Positions 36,690 to 51,649 of a stretch of 64,000 nucleotides of DNA are shown piece by piece. This DNA comes from Podarcis filfolensis. Its lineage: Eukaryota. The number at the start of each line of letters is the position of its first letter. Position 1 is the stretch's first letter. Location: assembly GCA_964270895.1 (NCBI GenBank), contig OZ185435.1. One strand, given 5' to 3'. A program made the translations under genes and the position numbers. The notes beneath the pieces were generated by a model that searched no databases, was not told the DNA's origin, and saw only the letters and a list, made by a program, of their open reading frames with translations.

Positions 36690-38956
36690 GTATGTATATG
36701 CTAATGTGATAGGAGTGATCTCTAGTTAATTATTTGTAATTTCTGGTTTCCTTATGGAATATTGTGGTGTGCATTTTTAATGTAATAAATGTATTTGTTG
36801 AGTATATTGTTTTCTCTGTACCTATTTACATTGTTTCTGGTTAACAAATTGCTTTATTGCATGACAGATTAATGTGGTTGAATAATTCTTTCTTATTTCT
36901 GAAATAAATCTTAAGTCCCAATAAATGCTTAAATGTGAATATTCTTCTATATTAAATGTGAATTATCAGAAAAATTGTGCATACCTCAATTTTTCCACAT
37001 TTATGTTGTGTCCCAGAAAAACAAGGGCTTATGCTGCAGTCTACAGCTATGAAATCAGTGGGAGATTTGTTGTTTACTTCACAAGGATATGGATTGTGGT
37101 CTTGGCGTTCATGGAAATAGTTGCAAGGACCTTGTGTTTATTCAGTTTAATTTCGATTTACTTATGTCTTAGATATTAATAAAAATGATAAAATTGAGAT
37201 TAAAAATCTGATGATCCTGCTCTATCATATCTAAGGAGAAGGTTGACCATTGTGCCCCAAGACACACTGTACTACTAAAAGGTTATTGGTATTGCATAGC
37301 CATATGCAACTAATGACAGAAATAAGTTTGCCACCTTCAGGCATGTGTATATGGTGTTGAAAGATAATCTTTATACAGTACTGACAGAAAGATCCTTTGT
37401 AATTCATTCTAATTATGCAGGTGTTTGTATTTCATGTGCCACTACAAATTTAAGTTGGTACAAAATTTGGCTGCCTGAAATTATTAGCTCTTAACTTTTT
37501 AAAAAAGCAGTGGTACAAATATTTATTCAGAGAGTGGTCACCTGTGTTTCCCTGCTCCCATCTGCCTACAGCATGGGCTGCTTTTCCTTTTGCACTTTTA
37601 GAACCTAGAAATTAAGAGCCTTAAAAAGGGGATAGGGATCCTTCAATATCTGTTCTCCATGCTGGACAGCAAGTGGGATGCTCTGTCTCATGTTTCAGGC
37701 CTAATCTGAAGCTGGAAGGGGCTCTGCTAATAAATTTTGACAACATGGTCACATTTTAAGCAAGACAGAGCTCATGCACATGGTCTACTTGCATGATTTT
37801 TCACTTTCACAGAACAGTATTCATAATCTCATAAGAGATCACAGCTCCCTTATGCTGGTCATTGACCAAACGCATAAGCAGCTTTTTCTGCAAGTCAGCT
37901 GTTGGCATACAATTGGAAACAACTCCGCTATGTTAAGTAGGGCTATACTACTGATGCTTCCAACTGCGCTTCGATTATATTTTAATTTTAAGCAGCTGTT
38001 GTTTAATGTTATAAGGGAAGTGAGATAGCTATGTGGCTCTTTATCATTAAAATAGAGAAAGATTTGCCCAAAAGCAATTTCTGCATGTCACAGTCAACCA
38101 AGCATGTGCTAAGTATAAGGCCAGTTTGAGAAACTGTGTCTTCAAAATATTCAGCATTCACTAACCAACTCAGCATTCACTATGCTGAGCATTCACTATG
38201 CATTCACTAACCAACAGAAAACATTGTTAGCTCTCTGGTTGGCAGGTTATATAGCTTCCACGACTCATTTCACCAGCTCCAAATGTATGGCCCTGATGTC
38301 TTCTTCCTTCCCTGTTTTTCCAGAATAGAGCAAAACTTTTGAAAACCCAAATATTGACTTTGGATACCAATTAAATGCATGCATGGCAATTTCTATAATT
38401 TTCCCAACCTGAGCTTTTCAGGATTAAATAAACATTGTGTGCTTCAGTTGGAAATGTGCAAAGCAAGACCAATATAAAATGAAATACAATATACCTCTTG
38501 CAAAAAGTTTTGTGGGGGCATTTAGGATGACATGTAGGCTTCATCTGAAAGGCACCACTGGTCATTTGGTCAAATACAAATAAGATAGAGGGCTAGTTTC
38601 TTTCTAGAATAGCATCACTGCTGCCCCCCTGCCAATCTTGTTTAGAATATATTTGTTTAGTGCTAGTTATATATTTAATATTACTAATGACACCAAACAA
38701 CTTTGGTGTCATTTGGTGGCTCTTTATGAATATTCAGTGATGCTGAATTAATCATTATGTCACCAAATAGTTTCATGTGGTATAAATTGGTACAAACTGA
38801 AGTTTAGGGGCCTCATTCGTTACATTTAAAACTCTAAATTCCCCAAGGTCAGAGTGATGTATAAATTTAAAAAAAGACTATAAATCAAAAAACAGGATGT
38901 GATTGGAGTCATACAGCAGAGACCCATTCTCCCATCTTATGCTGCCTCCACTTTGA

Positions 38957-39250
<294 letters not shown>

Positions 39251-41734
39251 TAATTTGCTTTGCTTTATCTATCTAGAAAACATAAAACCTTGTGTGTATT
39301 AATAGTAAATAAAAACGTAGATCTGAGCTCTCAAATTCTGCTTGCTTTAAAAAAAACACCTTTCAAATAAAACAATGTGTTCGGAATTGTGCTTCAAATA
39401 TTCCCTTGGGACCAGAATGTTTGGCCAAGTAGACTTGTTCATTTATACTTTGTTTAATCTCCATTGTCTGCACCAGGTGAGGCTTTAGGCTAAATCCTAT
39501 AACCAAAGCTACAGAAATTCAGCTGCCAAAATCTTGAATTATCCAGACCATTATATAAGTGTTCCCACATCTTACTATTCATGTGCTGATTAGATTTCTC
39601 ACTCATTAACAACATGGACAGCCATTACAATCAATCATCATTTAATGATTGATTGCTGCCTTTTATCACTCAGATTAGCTTTTATTAGGTGATTTGCTTG
39701 AGGTAATATGATTTGCAGATTGAACACGTGAGTTCTCCATTTATTGTTGTATTTTGTAGTAGGAATCTTTTCTTGTTATAATTCACATTCTTCTTGTTTT
39801 TCTATATACTATTGGGCCCACAATATAATTTTTAGTTAGGTGGGTTCCATTTCTGTTTACTATCCTGGCACCAAGCTCAGTCTTCAGCATAATAAACAAC
39901 ACTTTTAATAGCCAACCTCTAAAGCATCTTGCTGAACTTAACATTTCATACTGGCTCAGGAGTGTACACAGCTTAGAAGCTTCTGGAATGCTCTGCAGCA
40001 ACTGCACCACAGATGAAACAAGACCGACTCCTCAAAACAGATTTGTCTTGGGTGGGGGGAGACACAGTCCCATTGTGCAGGCAGAAGTCCTTCTGGTTAC
40101 AGAGCAACTTTGTTGAATGTAATCCTGTGAATTGTAAACCAAAGAAAACTTAGGTTACTGCTTGTGGCTTGTTTCAAAAAATCTTATATGAGTCCAGGTT
40201 TGGATGGCACGATAAACCAGACTTTGACTGACTTTATCTGTCATGTGGCAGGAGTGGGGTAGCACTCCGGGAACCTTTGGGTAGGATGTGCCAGTAAGAT
40301 GCATTTTCACATTAAACCACAGTTTGTTTTAAACAATAGCTTAATGTGGCATATAGAGCAGGCCACTGTAGAGTTTTGAGATTCCTGTGGGGAGGAGATT
40401 CTAAGAAACTTGGAGATTTGTTTCTGTTTAGCTGTCTTTACTCTGGCTTTATTAGATGAGATCTTTCTGCTTAGACACACTTTAAATGAGTTTGAATAAT
40501 CTGTCAGATTGTGGTGGCTTCAGGTATTAGGAGAACTTATTTCTGGTTGAAACTCATAGAATCATAGGAGGTTATTTTTCATAAGCCCTTGAAAAGAATG
40601 TTGCTTTAAATATTTCAATTCTGGATCTTCCTGCATATTGACTTGGTGGGGGAAATGTTCTAATTCATAAAATGGTTGCTCTTTAAAATACCTATAAGCC
40701 TACTTAAAGATAATGCTCTACAAAAAAAGATAATGTTCTCCAAAAAAAAAAATGGTCCAAAGTGATGTCTTTTGAACATAGAATCCACATCTGCTTGATC
40801 AAATCCTGGTTTAATAAGCTGGGATATACATGAGCTGCTCGCACTCGCAAGCAGCCTGTTTGCTCCCACCTCACCCTTCACATGAACGAGGAAACAAAGC
40901 AGAACATTGTCGTTAACCATAGTTTCTTGTTACGTGGGCACTTCGGTTAATGGCTTCCAGACAGGCCAGAATTTGAAAGGCAACTTTCAATTACAGTTCA
41001 CTGCATCTTCCTGATGTGTTTCACTGCTCATGTGAAGGGAGAAACAAAGCTGGAGCAGAAGGGTTGTGTGCAAATTTATGAAACTCATGCGTATCCTGTC
41101 TTATTAAGCCAGGATTTGATTGTGTGAGCTGAGCCAGTGTACCTTGTCATCTAAATGAAATTATTAATGAATTTCTGAAGAACACATTTCAGCTGTTTAT
41201 AAAAAAGAATCCAATCACAGGGTTGTTGTTGTTGTTGTTTTTTAAAAAGAAGTCTTTATTCACTCTATATTCATTAATCTCTTCAGTTCCTTCCTCTATC
41301 CTTGTGCTGGAGATGTTTTTGATATATTTAGTTCAGTAATGGTTTCTGACACAGTGGTCATGAGAGAGTCGGGATAGATTAACCACTGCAGTAAGAAGAA
41401 GATGAGTTAGAGATGAGATTTTCAGAATATTACATTTTCGACTTTCACTTTTATTTTAAAATAACGGCAAATTTTGCAGCAGAAAGCAACTTGCTGGTCC
41501 TCAGCCTAACCACACATACATTTTGACTTCTTCACAATTTGAGGCATAGGTCATCATGTGTATTGGAGATATGAAAGTAAAGTAGTCCTAGGGAGCTAGG
41601 TCTGATGCCTTGCTCTTTAATAACCGACTGAACATTTGTGTAGAAGCAGCACACATTGAGTCAGTTTGTAAGTGTTTCTTTACACTGGCAGCATAATCTT
41701 TTTCCTTTGACTAACATCTTAGACTCGTCTTGCT

Positions 41735-41875
41735 ATGGCAGGCTAGAGAACCTGTGGCCTTTGAGATACTGTCAGCCTCTATCTCGCAGTGGCCTCAGCC
41801 AGTGGGGCCTGTGGTGAGGGATGACTGGAGTTACAGCCCAGCAACATCCCATGGACCACAGGTTTCTTTCCCCCG
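41735..41875. mobile_element. Degenerate palindromic hAT-type MITE
   Basis: GAACCTGTGGCC ... GGACCACAGGTTTC fold-back. Confidence 0.55.
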
Positions 41876-42668
41876 TAGTATGGTTTTTTGTAGCTTGTAA
41901 TTATTGATGGATAACTCATTCAGTGTGAAAATCGGCGCTCCTGTTTACAGTTGGAGCTGGGGAATACACTTGAACTGGATAACATCTTGTTTGGGTCCTG
42001 AGAGCCATTGAATTGAGACCTACCCCAATAAAGTCTGAAATACAACTGTGAAGGTCCATCACGATTCCTCAGCTGCTGGTTTTCAACAGTTTGACAGTCC
42101 AAGAGGAATAGGCCCCTGAAATCCCTAGGTTTTTTTAAAAAAAGTTATTTGTCATAAATTCTCTTCCCACTCCATCAATTCTTTGTGATGAGTTTGGAAA
42201 ATGCTTAAGTATTTCTGTGTTCTGCCCAGAAGCTTATTCTTGCTTTCTGATTATGCTTCCAGTCAATGCTGTTTGAGCTAGTGTTACCTAGTGTGACCCC
42301 AGAGTCAGCCATGACTCTTTTTAAATAATGTGCCACTTTTCTATAATCAGTTTGAGAATAAGTGTTTACTACAAGTGATCTTGATGGTTTTACTAGAGTA
42401 CCTTGCTGGGGAAAATGCTATTCCCTTTTAATACCTCAAGAACTCTGCATATGCAGGCTAGAGCCCCAATAATTTTCTATCCCCTATTTGTTCAGTGTGG
42501 AAACCAATATTTTTGCTTGTGGGAATCTTTGATTGTTAGAGCTCTTCCTTTGTTTTTGTTTGTTTCCCATATTAGAACTCACTTTGCTTGCAGTAGTTTG
42601 TGGAGAGAGCTGCACAAAATGCTCTGTAGGGAGCCACCTGGAGTGGCTGGGGAAACAGGCAGATGGGT

Positions 42669-42815
42669 NNNNNNNNNNNNNNNNNNNNNNNNNNNNNNNN
42701 NNNNNNNNNNNNNNNNNNNNNNNNNNNNNNNNNNNNNNNNNNNNNNNNNNNNNNNNNNNNNNNNNNNNNNNNNNNNNNNNNNNNNNNNNNNNNNNNNNNN
42801 NNNNNNNNNNNNNNN
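42669..42815. other. Assembly gap (147 N), probably a collapsed L2 tail microsatellite
   Basis: Left flank GAGTGGCTGGGGAAAC..AGATGGG is the L2 end seen at 43548; right flank ACTACTGT. Confidence 0.9.
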
Positions 42816-43514
42816 ACTACTGTAATGAGCTATAACTTCCATCGAAGACAGTTCAAATACTTTAATTAGTTCAGAATGCTGCTGCCTGACTGCTAACTGG
42901 GGCTGAGCTGTGACACTGTTGTTTTTTACCAGCACTGTAGCAGTTTCACTGGCTCCCAGTCAATTTCCAAGCTCTATTCACAGAGCTGGACCTTCTCCTG
43001 CACCATTGCATCTGACTGACTAAGTCATCATCTAAGGTGAAATGGATGGAAACCAGGGAGAGGGCTTTTGTTGTTGTTGCAGCCGATCTTTGAAAGGAAT
43101 TCCCTGGGAGGGATTCCCTGCCACCTGTGTTAATTTCTTAATACCAAGTAAAGATCTTTGGAGTACTCCTGGATCCAAATTGGTGACTTGTGGCCTAGGT
43201 GACCTCAGTGACTAGGGGTGCCTATTTCCAGCTTTGGCTGGTTCACAGCTTCCAGTCTCTTTTAGACAGATATAACTAGTATAGGGACAGCTATCTAGAA
43301 GCAGCACTGGCAAGAAGTAAATACTCTTGGGTGTATGGTTCAAGATGCCAATAGTGGAGTCCTGTATTTTATTATTATCAAGTTGCAAGCATGGGTGAAT
43401 GTCTTATAGACACACTCCATAGAATTCCAAGTGGCTGAAAAGCATATTGCTATTTGTCCATGGTGAATACATTTTTTTTTTAGTTCAAGATTGGGTTCTT
43501 TTGCATACTCTCTG

Positions 43515-43596
43515 TATTGTTTTTAATATTCGGTTAGAAGCCGCCCAGAGTGGCTGGGGAAACCCAGCCAGATGGGCGGGGTATAAATAATAATAA

Positions 43597-43641
<45 letters not shown>
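43515..43641 (+). mobile_element. L2 3' end with (ATT)n tail
   Basis: GAAGCCGCCCAGAGTGGCTGGGGAAACCCAGCCAGATGGGCGGGGTATAAATAA(TTA)n. Confidence 0.8.
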
Positions 43642-45861
43642 TAATCCATGATATTTTCAAGTAAGAAACACTCATTTGCAAACGAGGGTTTGCAAGAGAT
43701 ATTTAAGAACATGTTAGGATGAGAGAATTATTAAATGCAAACTGTCCTACATACAAACATTTAATTGAAAGCAGACATTGATAAAATATCTTTAAAATGT
43801 TTAGACCACAGTTTCACTTCCTCTCTTTTGACTTGTTTTTCAGCCCAAATAAAATTGATACTAACATTTGTTGTCACCAGACTAGAAAATATTTAAGGTT
43901 TCATACCCACATCTAAAGTCACTCTGTGTCTTGGGATATGTGCTTCTAAAAGCAAGCATTTGTTCTCAATACATAGTAGTTATATTTGATTTTTGGCTAG
44001 GATTGATGAAAGTATTTTGTACACTTTGAAAATTTTGAACTTACACTTTTTTCTATGGCCTATGACAAAAGGAAAGGACAAAGGGGGGGGGCTTCAAGAG
44101 TATATTGAAAATGATTTTGTTTAGCAGTTGTGCAGTGCGATCCTATGCATGTTTACTTGGAAATCACATTGAGCTCCATGGACTTGCTCTATAGAAAGTG
44201 TTCAGGATTGCAGCCTTAATGCTTCTGACAGAAATGTTGGGTCGGGTGGTTTCTTGACCCCAGTAGCTCACACAGGGAAACTAGACTATAAAACTGCAAG
44301 ATATTCATAGATTTACACTGCTAGTTTTTGAACCCAGGTAAGTCCTTTATTCTAATGGTTGCAGTTTTAGAAATTTGTATTTGTAATGACAATACCTGCC
44401 TGTTACCACCTGAAATCTTAAGGTTCCAGTTTGTCATAATTTATTGTAGCCAAACTCTTCTTAACCTTCTGTTTTAGCTTTCCTCAACCTGATGCCCTCC
44501 AGACATTTTGGAGGACAATAACTTTTATACCTGACAACATGGCCAATGGTTACTGCTGTTAAATATTTGAAAGTCTCTTTCAAACTTCCCCAGCACTGAT
44601 CTCCTAAGCAGGCCAGGTTCTTTAATTGTAAAGATAAAATCCCCATTCCCATAGCTGTTCTTGTGATTCATCTTTACATCTGAAAGTCAACAGCAACACA
44701 GGATGATATTTTTAAACAACATTCCAGCATTCCAGATGTGGCTTCCCCAGTGTCTTGTGCAAGGGTACTGATGTTTCCCTATGCTTACTGGAAACACTAC
44801 ACCCCAATGTGTTCATTGACTGCATTTACCTTTAGCGTCATCTCATAGGGCCATATCCTGACCAAGATCAGCACTTCCTAACTTCTTGGTGTGCACAAAT
44901 TTCAGCAATACATTCATTTTCCTCTCTCAAAGTAATTCCTGAGACTGTTGAATAATGTAGTCCTTGAGGAACTCATCCAGTTTATTCTTTGCTTGTGTTA
45001 GTAAAACTGTCTGATTTTCACTAGAAGAAATAACTTTTCTAAGGAATGAGGGCAAGAGTTTTGGAATCTTCCTGTGGCAGACTACATACCTTAGAAATGT
45101 GGCCACTGTTTTGAATTTGTGCCTAGAATACCAAATCAGTTGCACAAGATTTTTGAATTCCACTGCTGGTGTCAAGAGGGAGACAAAGTGCCTGCTTGCT
45201 TGTAACCATTTTTGGCTATTGGTCTGCAATGCTATGTCTGCATTCTAAGATTATACCTGAGGTGGTCATAGATTGTGGGGATGATGCCATACAAATTTAC
45301 AACAATCTGTACACAGATCGGGGCCATGCCCAGTTTACAGCTTTGCTTGCTTGGAAATGTAATTTCTTAAACAATGTTACATGGAATGAAGCACCACTCA
45401 ATACTGTATTGTGTGTTAAGCATCTTTAAGGGTTGGTGCCAATGGCTCTCATTTTGAGGGTCAAGTGTGTTGTTTCAGTGCTGCTAATCCCTGTAACCCA
45501 GATGTGTGGGATATGTCAGTCTAGACTGCTCTGCTGCAAGACAACATGACTGACAAGAATTGGCACTGGTTTTGTTTTGTTTGCTTATTTATTTATTTAT
45601 TTTGGTATTTCTGTGCCGCCCCATAACCGAAGTTCTCTATGTTACATCTGCACAGCTGGCTTCCTACATGAGTGCAGGTGCCTCAGAGGAAAAGACTCTT
45701 GTCATTCCCATTAATGGGACACTTCCAACTGTTAACAGCTGCCAGGTATGCTGCCTAGAATACAACATTCCAAATAAACATCTCCACAGCTCTGTAAATA
45801 AGGAATCTAATAGCTGTGTTTCTGTTACATTTATTTCCTTTAATACTCAAGAGTTGTGTAG

Positions 45862-46167
<306 letters not shown>

Positions 46168-47140
46168 TAGTGTTTGGTTTACAACGTGTTGTGAATGTTA
46201 CTCAACTGAAACTGCTTGTGTTGTCTACCCTTGCTTTTAGCTTCAGCAAATACTGCTTTGGATTTTTTTTTAAAAAATCAAATTGATAGAAATTAATTTA
46301 ATGGAAATTTATGGAGACTGTTTTCCATACTTAACTGGCCAACATGGTCGAAGCTATAATGGTCTGTAGGTACACCACTAGTGTGAAGGGACCATGAGGG
46401 CCATCTAGTCCAACCCCCTGCAATGGAGGAATCTTTTGCCCAACGATGGGAGAAAGATGCAGTCGAAAAGACTGTTCAGAAGGAATAATAGGAAATAATT
46501 TATTATTTAGTAAATGCCCTCCATAGTTACAGACAGGTGCAGATTGAACACTGCCGATTGTTTAACCATGATTAAGTGTTCACTGGGATTATGTCTGCAC
46601 TGCCCCCAACTGAAGGTATATATGACATTGAATTGATGCATTAAAATAATCAGGCTACAACTTTGCCTTTGTCAGTAAGGTATGGGTGGTATTTATGTAG
46701 GTTTTACTCAGAGTACACCCATTGAAATTAATGAACGTGAGCCCATTAATTTCAGTGGATCTGCTGTGAGTAAAACTAGTTGAATGCCACCCTAAATTTA
46801 TAAGTATTGTAGTGGGGTGGTGCTAAGTTTTCCACTAAAAGGCCTGGAGACTGAATTGAGCGGGAAAATGAGGAACTCTGAAAGTACTTTAGAAAGATAA
46901 GACCTAGTACTCAATGTATTGTATTGAAGCTTTTTTTGGGGGGGGGGGAGGAAGCATAGAATTTGAGTTCCAAGCCATAGATCTCTGGAGAGTTCATTGT
47001 TGTACAGTACTTGATGTCTAGACTAAACCAGCTTCGGATGTCTTGGGCTAGGATATTCAAGAATGAAGGCCAAACTCTTCAATTACGAAGATACTTTCCA
47101 TCCTCCCTTTCTCAGCATAAGAGTGAAGGACAGCACTTTT

Positions 47141-47277
47141 CATAAAACCATAGAGTTGGAAGGGGCCCTGAGGGTCATTCAGTCCAAACCCTGCAATGCA
47201 GGAATAGGCAGCTGTCCCATATGGGGATCAAACTTGCCATGTTGGCATTATCAGCACCATTCTTTAGCCAACTGAGT
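47141..47277 (-). mobile_element. tRNA-Ile-like-headed SINE with CR1-type tail
   Basis: Reverse complement CTCAGTTGGCTAAAGAATGGTGCTGATAATGCCAA..TTTGATCCCC then GGGTTTGGACTGAATGACCCTCAGGGCCCCTTCCAACTCTATG. Confidence 0.7.
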
Positions 47278-47409
47278 CAATTTAAGGACAATGTTAAAGG
47301 GGTTGTTTTATGAAATCCATATTTAGCCTGTATTTTTCTTTAGTGTAAAGTGATGTGAAGTGAGTTTGTGAGAGAGGATTGGCCATATAAAAATAATAAG
47401 CTTGTACAC

Positions 47410-47545
47410 CAGGCATCCCAAAACTCGGCCCTCCAGATGTTTAAGGACTACAACTCCCATCATCCCTAGCTAACAGGACCAGTGGTCAGGGATGGTGGGA
47501 ATTGTAGTCCCAAAGCATCTGAGGGCCGAGTTTGGGGGGTGCCTG
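47410..47545. mobile_element. hAT MITE
   Basis: CAGGCA..TGCCTG ends, perfect 8-bp TSD TTGTACAC (47402-47409, 47546-47553). Confidence 0.9.
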
Positions 47546-47569
47546 TTGTACACTCATCAAACAACAATA

Positions 47570-47810
47570 CAGTGGTACCTCGGTTTAAGAACAGCCCTGT
47601 TTACGAAATATTCGGTTTATGAACTCCGCAAAACCGGAAGTAGTGTCCTGGTTTACGAACTTTACCTCAGTCTAAGAATGGAATCCGAATGGTGGAAGGG
47701 CACCGGCAGTGGCAGGCCTCATTAGGGAAAGGGCGCCTCGGTTTAAGAACAGTTTCGGTTTAAGAGCAGACTTCCAGAACGGATTAAGTTCATAAACTGA
47801 GGTACCACTG
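47570..47810. mobile_element. Tc1/mariner MITE, subfamily B
   Basis: TA TSD, CAGTGGTACCTC TIRs. Confidence 0.9.
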
Positions 47811-47938
47811 TATAACATAACAGAAGCAGCAACTCTATCTCTGCAACCCAGTAAAAATTGTTCCATAAATGCAACACAGAATTAGTTTTTTTTTAAGGTC
47901 CATTTTAAAACTTCTGGTGCTTGTCTAATCTCATTTGA

Positions 47939-48151
<213 letters not shown>

Positions 48152-48534
48152 TAATATTAGTGCTACACCAAGTTCTTGTGATGTTCAACTTCTGATATGA
48201 AACTTGCTGATGGGGGAGAACGTGGGGGACTTACTTTCTATCCCCCCCCCAGTTTTTAATGTTTGCTTGCATCCATTGTTCCTCAGATCTGCTATCTCTT
48301 CTTCAGTGCTGCTTTTTTTATTTCTTTGAGTGATCCCACCCCATCAAGCATGCATCCACCCACGTTTTGGAAGCATATTCCAGTGCCCAGTTGGACCAAC
48401 TTTACCTGCTCTGCTATGATACATTAGTTTTTTTACCACAGTGTGGTCAGATGGGGAGCATTCTCTGGGGATTGTAGGAAGCTGAATTACTGTTGGAAAT
48501 GACATGTACTAGAAGTGCAGTGAATTGCTGATTA

Positions 48535-48779
48535 CAGTGGTACCTCTAGTTGTGGACATGATCCGTTCCAGGGTGCCATTCGCATCCTGAAAAGTCTGCA
48601 ACTAGAGCGGCACTCCTGTGCAAGCACGGAGCGCGATAGAGCACTTCTGCGCATGTGCAAAGCACGCAGAACGCTTCTGCGTGCGCAAGGCAAAACCTGG
48701 AAGTATACACTTCCAGGTTTGCCATGTTCGCAACCCAAAAAGCCACAACGTGACGCAAATGCAACAAGAGGTATGACTG
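48535..48779. mobile_element. Tc1/mariner MITE, third subfamily
   Basis: TA flanks; TIR CAGTGGTACCTCTAGTTG / CAACAAGAGGTATGACTG. Confidence 0.8.
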
Positions 48780-49009
48780 TAGTTGGAATTGTTTCGCTTC
48801 AGAGATACCATGTACAGTCTCCTGACTTTTTAATAAGAAGTTATCAAAAAAGATTTCCTTGCCTAGCCAGGGGGACAAGTGAACAAACAAATGTACAGAA
48901 TGCAACTATATTTCATCCCTTTAAAATATTTTTATGCTGGAGAAAGACTGCATTAATAATATGTATTGTTTGTTCTGTTAACGAAAGAGTTTCTTCCTTC
49001 ATTTGTTAG

Positions 49010-49176
49010 GAAACGAAATGACAAAATAGAGTTATTGGTGGGTTGTATTGCTGAACTCTCTGAATTAGAAGAGAACATGCTGCTCAGACATGGAGAGAAT
49101 GACTTCAGCGTCATGTACTCAACACGGAAGAATTGTGCTCAACTGTGGCTTGGTCCAGCTGCATTCATCAATCATG
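49010..49176 (+). CDS. KMT5B: KMT5B coding exon 5 (SET domain)
   Basis: [55 protein letters not shown]; donor G|GTAAGT. Confidence 0.98.
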
Positions 49177-49463
49177 GTAAGTAAAAAAAAAATACAGTGG
49201 GATTAATTGTTATATTCAGGACTACTTTTAATTTTTTCTTGATTTGGAGTACATTTCTCTCCTGTGTTTTATTAGAATGATCTAGATTACCTTTAATGCC
49301 CTTTTAAAATGTGCAACATTTTTCTTACTTAGTGGTACACCTAATTGTTCAGTTGAGTATTACCATAAGTAAATTAGTATGAAACCTTACTTTAGATATT
49401 TGTAACTATTCATGTTCCAGGTCTTATCAGCAGTTAATTGATTTTCTTTTGTACTTTTTTCAG

Positions 49464-49483
49464 ATTGCAGACCCAACTGTAAG
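49464..49483 (+). CDS. KMT5B: KMT5B coding micro-exon 6 (DCRPNCK)
   Basis: TTTTTTCAG|ATTGCAGACCCAACTGTAAG|GTATGT; completes SET NHDCRPNC motif. Confidence 0.97.
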
Positions 49484-49596
49484 GTATGTGGTCAGGGTTT
49501 TAAAATCCTCCAAACTAGCTTTTTAAATATATGGATGTTTTAAAATTATTTTTGATTAACTGAGTAATGCTACATGTCCCTTATTGCCCTTCATAG

Positions 49597-49749
<153 letters not shown>

Positions 49750-50640
49750 TAAACAGTGAACTGAGATACAGTGCAGTTGCACTGTACACCTGCGTTGTTG
49801 ATCTGTGCATGTGTCGGCTAGTCTTGCAAGAACTTGACTTCAGCATCCAAAAGTAATTCCCCTTCCATAAGAGGTACATTGATGTCTCATGCATTCTTGT
49901 TGAATCCATCTGTGAGCCCTTCTCTGATGTCCTCCAAAGAAGGACTGAAAAGAAGACATGTGAAAACTGGACTGCTGTGAGTAGCTGGCATTTGAATTGT
50001 TGCTTGAAATTCAAGCACACTCTGTGCCTGAAGAATTGCCATGAGTGAGGTATTTCATCAGTGCCAAAACACTAGAAAAGAATGGTAACTTCGTAGATTG
50101 CCCATCTTCTCCCCTCTCTCCCACTACCACAGTAGATATGTAGAATTAAGTGTGGGAAGTAGCTCCAGAGCTCTTTCTGTATAATTCCTATCTCCTTCTC
50201 TGCCATGGCTCCCAGTTCCTACTCTAAAGGCAAATTTGCATGCTGTGTCAGCCAGGTTCTTGAAAATCAACCCAAGAGTGATCATGCTTAGGATCAAAAG
50301 AGCTGTTCAAGCTCGCATCAGGAGCTTCTGTTAATTCTGGAATTTTTACTTTTAACATAGAAGAGCTGATCCCAATGCCATGTTGCACAGACAGCTTTGG
50401 AAACCTCATTTGCAAACAAGCTTCACAGCTCTCCAGATTTTCCATGCAATGTAGTATTCAATTTGCATAGAATTGAAACTTTGCCCCCTCCAGTGTACAG
50501 TTACTTGAATCTTTGCATGCCTCACACATTAAATTAAATCATACTTGAGCAATGCTCTTGTTTTACCCAATTCCTTATTATTCTATAATGTTGTGTGCCC
50601 GTTAAATAAATAAGTTACACTGTACCATTTTTCAACTTAA

Positions 50641-50950
50641 TACTAATAATTTTATTATTTGTACCCCGCTCATCTGACTGGGTTGCCCCAGCCATTCTGG
50701 ACGGCTTCCAACAAAATATAAAAACACAATGAGACATCACACATTAAAAGCTTCCCTATACAGGGCTGCCTTCACACATAGTTGTTTATCTCCTTGACAC
50801 CTGATGGGATGGCATTCCACAGGACGGGCATCACTATCAAGAAGGCCCTCTGCCTGGATCCTTGTAACTTCACATCTTGCAGTGATGGAACCACCAGAAG
50901 GCCTTTGGAGCTGGGCTTTAGTTGCAGAGGTAGTTTAAGATCCCTTGGTT
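50641..50950 (-). mobile_element. L2 LINE 3' end
   Basis: Minus translation GLLVVPSLQDVKLQGSRQRAFLIVMPVLWNAIPSGVKEINNY plus L2 terminus identical in style to 43515-43641. Confidence 0.85.
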
Positions 50951-51254
50951 CAGTTAAAGTAAAAAAAAATCCCAAAAAACCCACCACTGCTGTTTGAAAA
51001 TTTTGATTCTGATGTCACACTATTTTCACTATGATGATTTAGCTGTAGTTGCATTTTCTTTCTTTATCTTCATCACTACCACACATTAAGAGAGGAAACT
51101 GCAATTTAGGGGAAAAAATATGCCCCAGTGTGCTTCCTCTACAATTTTTGCTCTGAGCTACATAAACTGTTGTTTCTCTGGGGCCACTTCACATGTTGCA
51201 GGAAGTGCCACTGTGTGTATCATACTATCTTTCGTGAAATGTGAGAGCTGTGTT

Positions 51255-51411
51255 CAGTGGCGTAGCGTGGGTTGTCAGCACCCGGGGCAAGGCAAGTAAT
51301 TTGCGCCCCCTAACCCGTGGATTTTAGCACTCGAGTCTCTTCCGCGCCCCCCCCCCAGATGTTGCGCCCGGTGCGGCCGGCCCCCCTTGCACCCCCCACG
51401 CTACGCCACTG
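51255..51411. mobile_element. Young hAT MITE, 157 bp
   Basis: Perfect 17-bp TIR CAGTGGCGTAGCGTGGG, perfect 8-bp TSD GCTGTGTT, CpG-rich. Confidence 0.95.
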
Positions 51412-51649
51412 GCTGTGTTTGACGATGTGCACATAGTACTGGAAAGCTTGGAAGCCTAACAACATTTGTATACCGCTTGATTGTAGTAATTTAACAGTAA
51501 AGGACAATAAATGTGAACATCTACATGTCTGTCTAGGCTCACCTGAACAAATTGTTTTAAGTTGGCACTGAAAGGACTACTGGGCAATAGAGTGGTCAGT
51601 AAACCAGCAGCAACCCCAGTTGAGCTCTCTGGCCCAACACCAGGGCCCA

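Noticed and set aside
38686-38713. Perfect 12-bp hairpin AATGACACCAAA/TTTGGTGTCATT
   Set aside because: Too short for a pre-miRNA, no snoRNA boxes; likely chance or MITE relic
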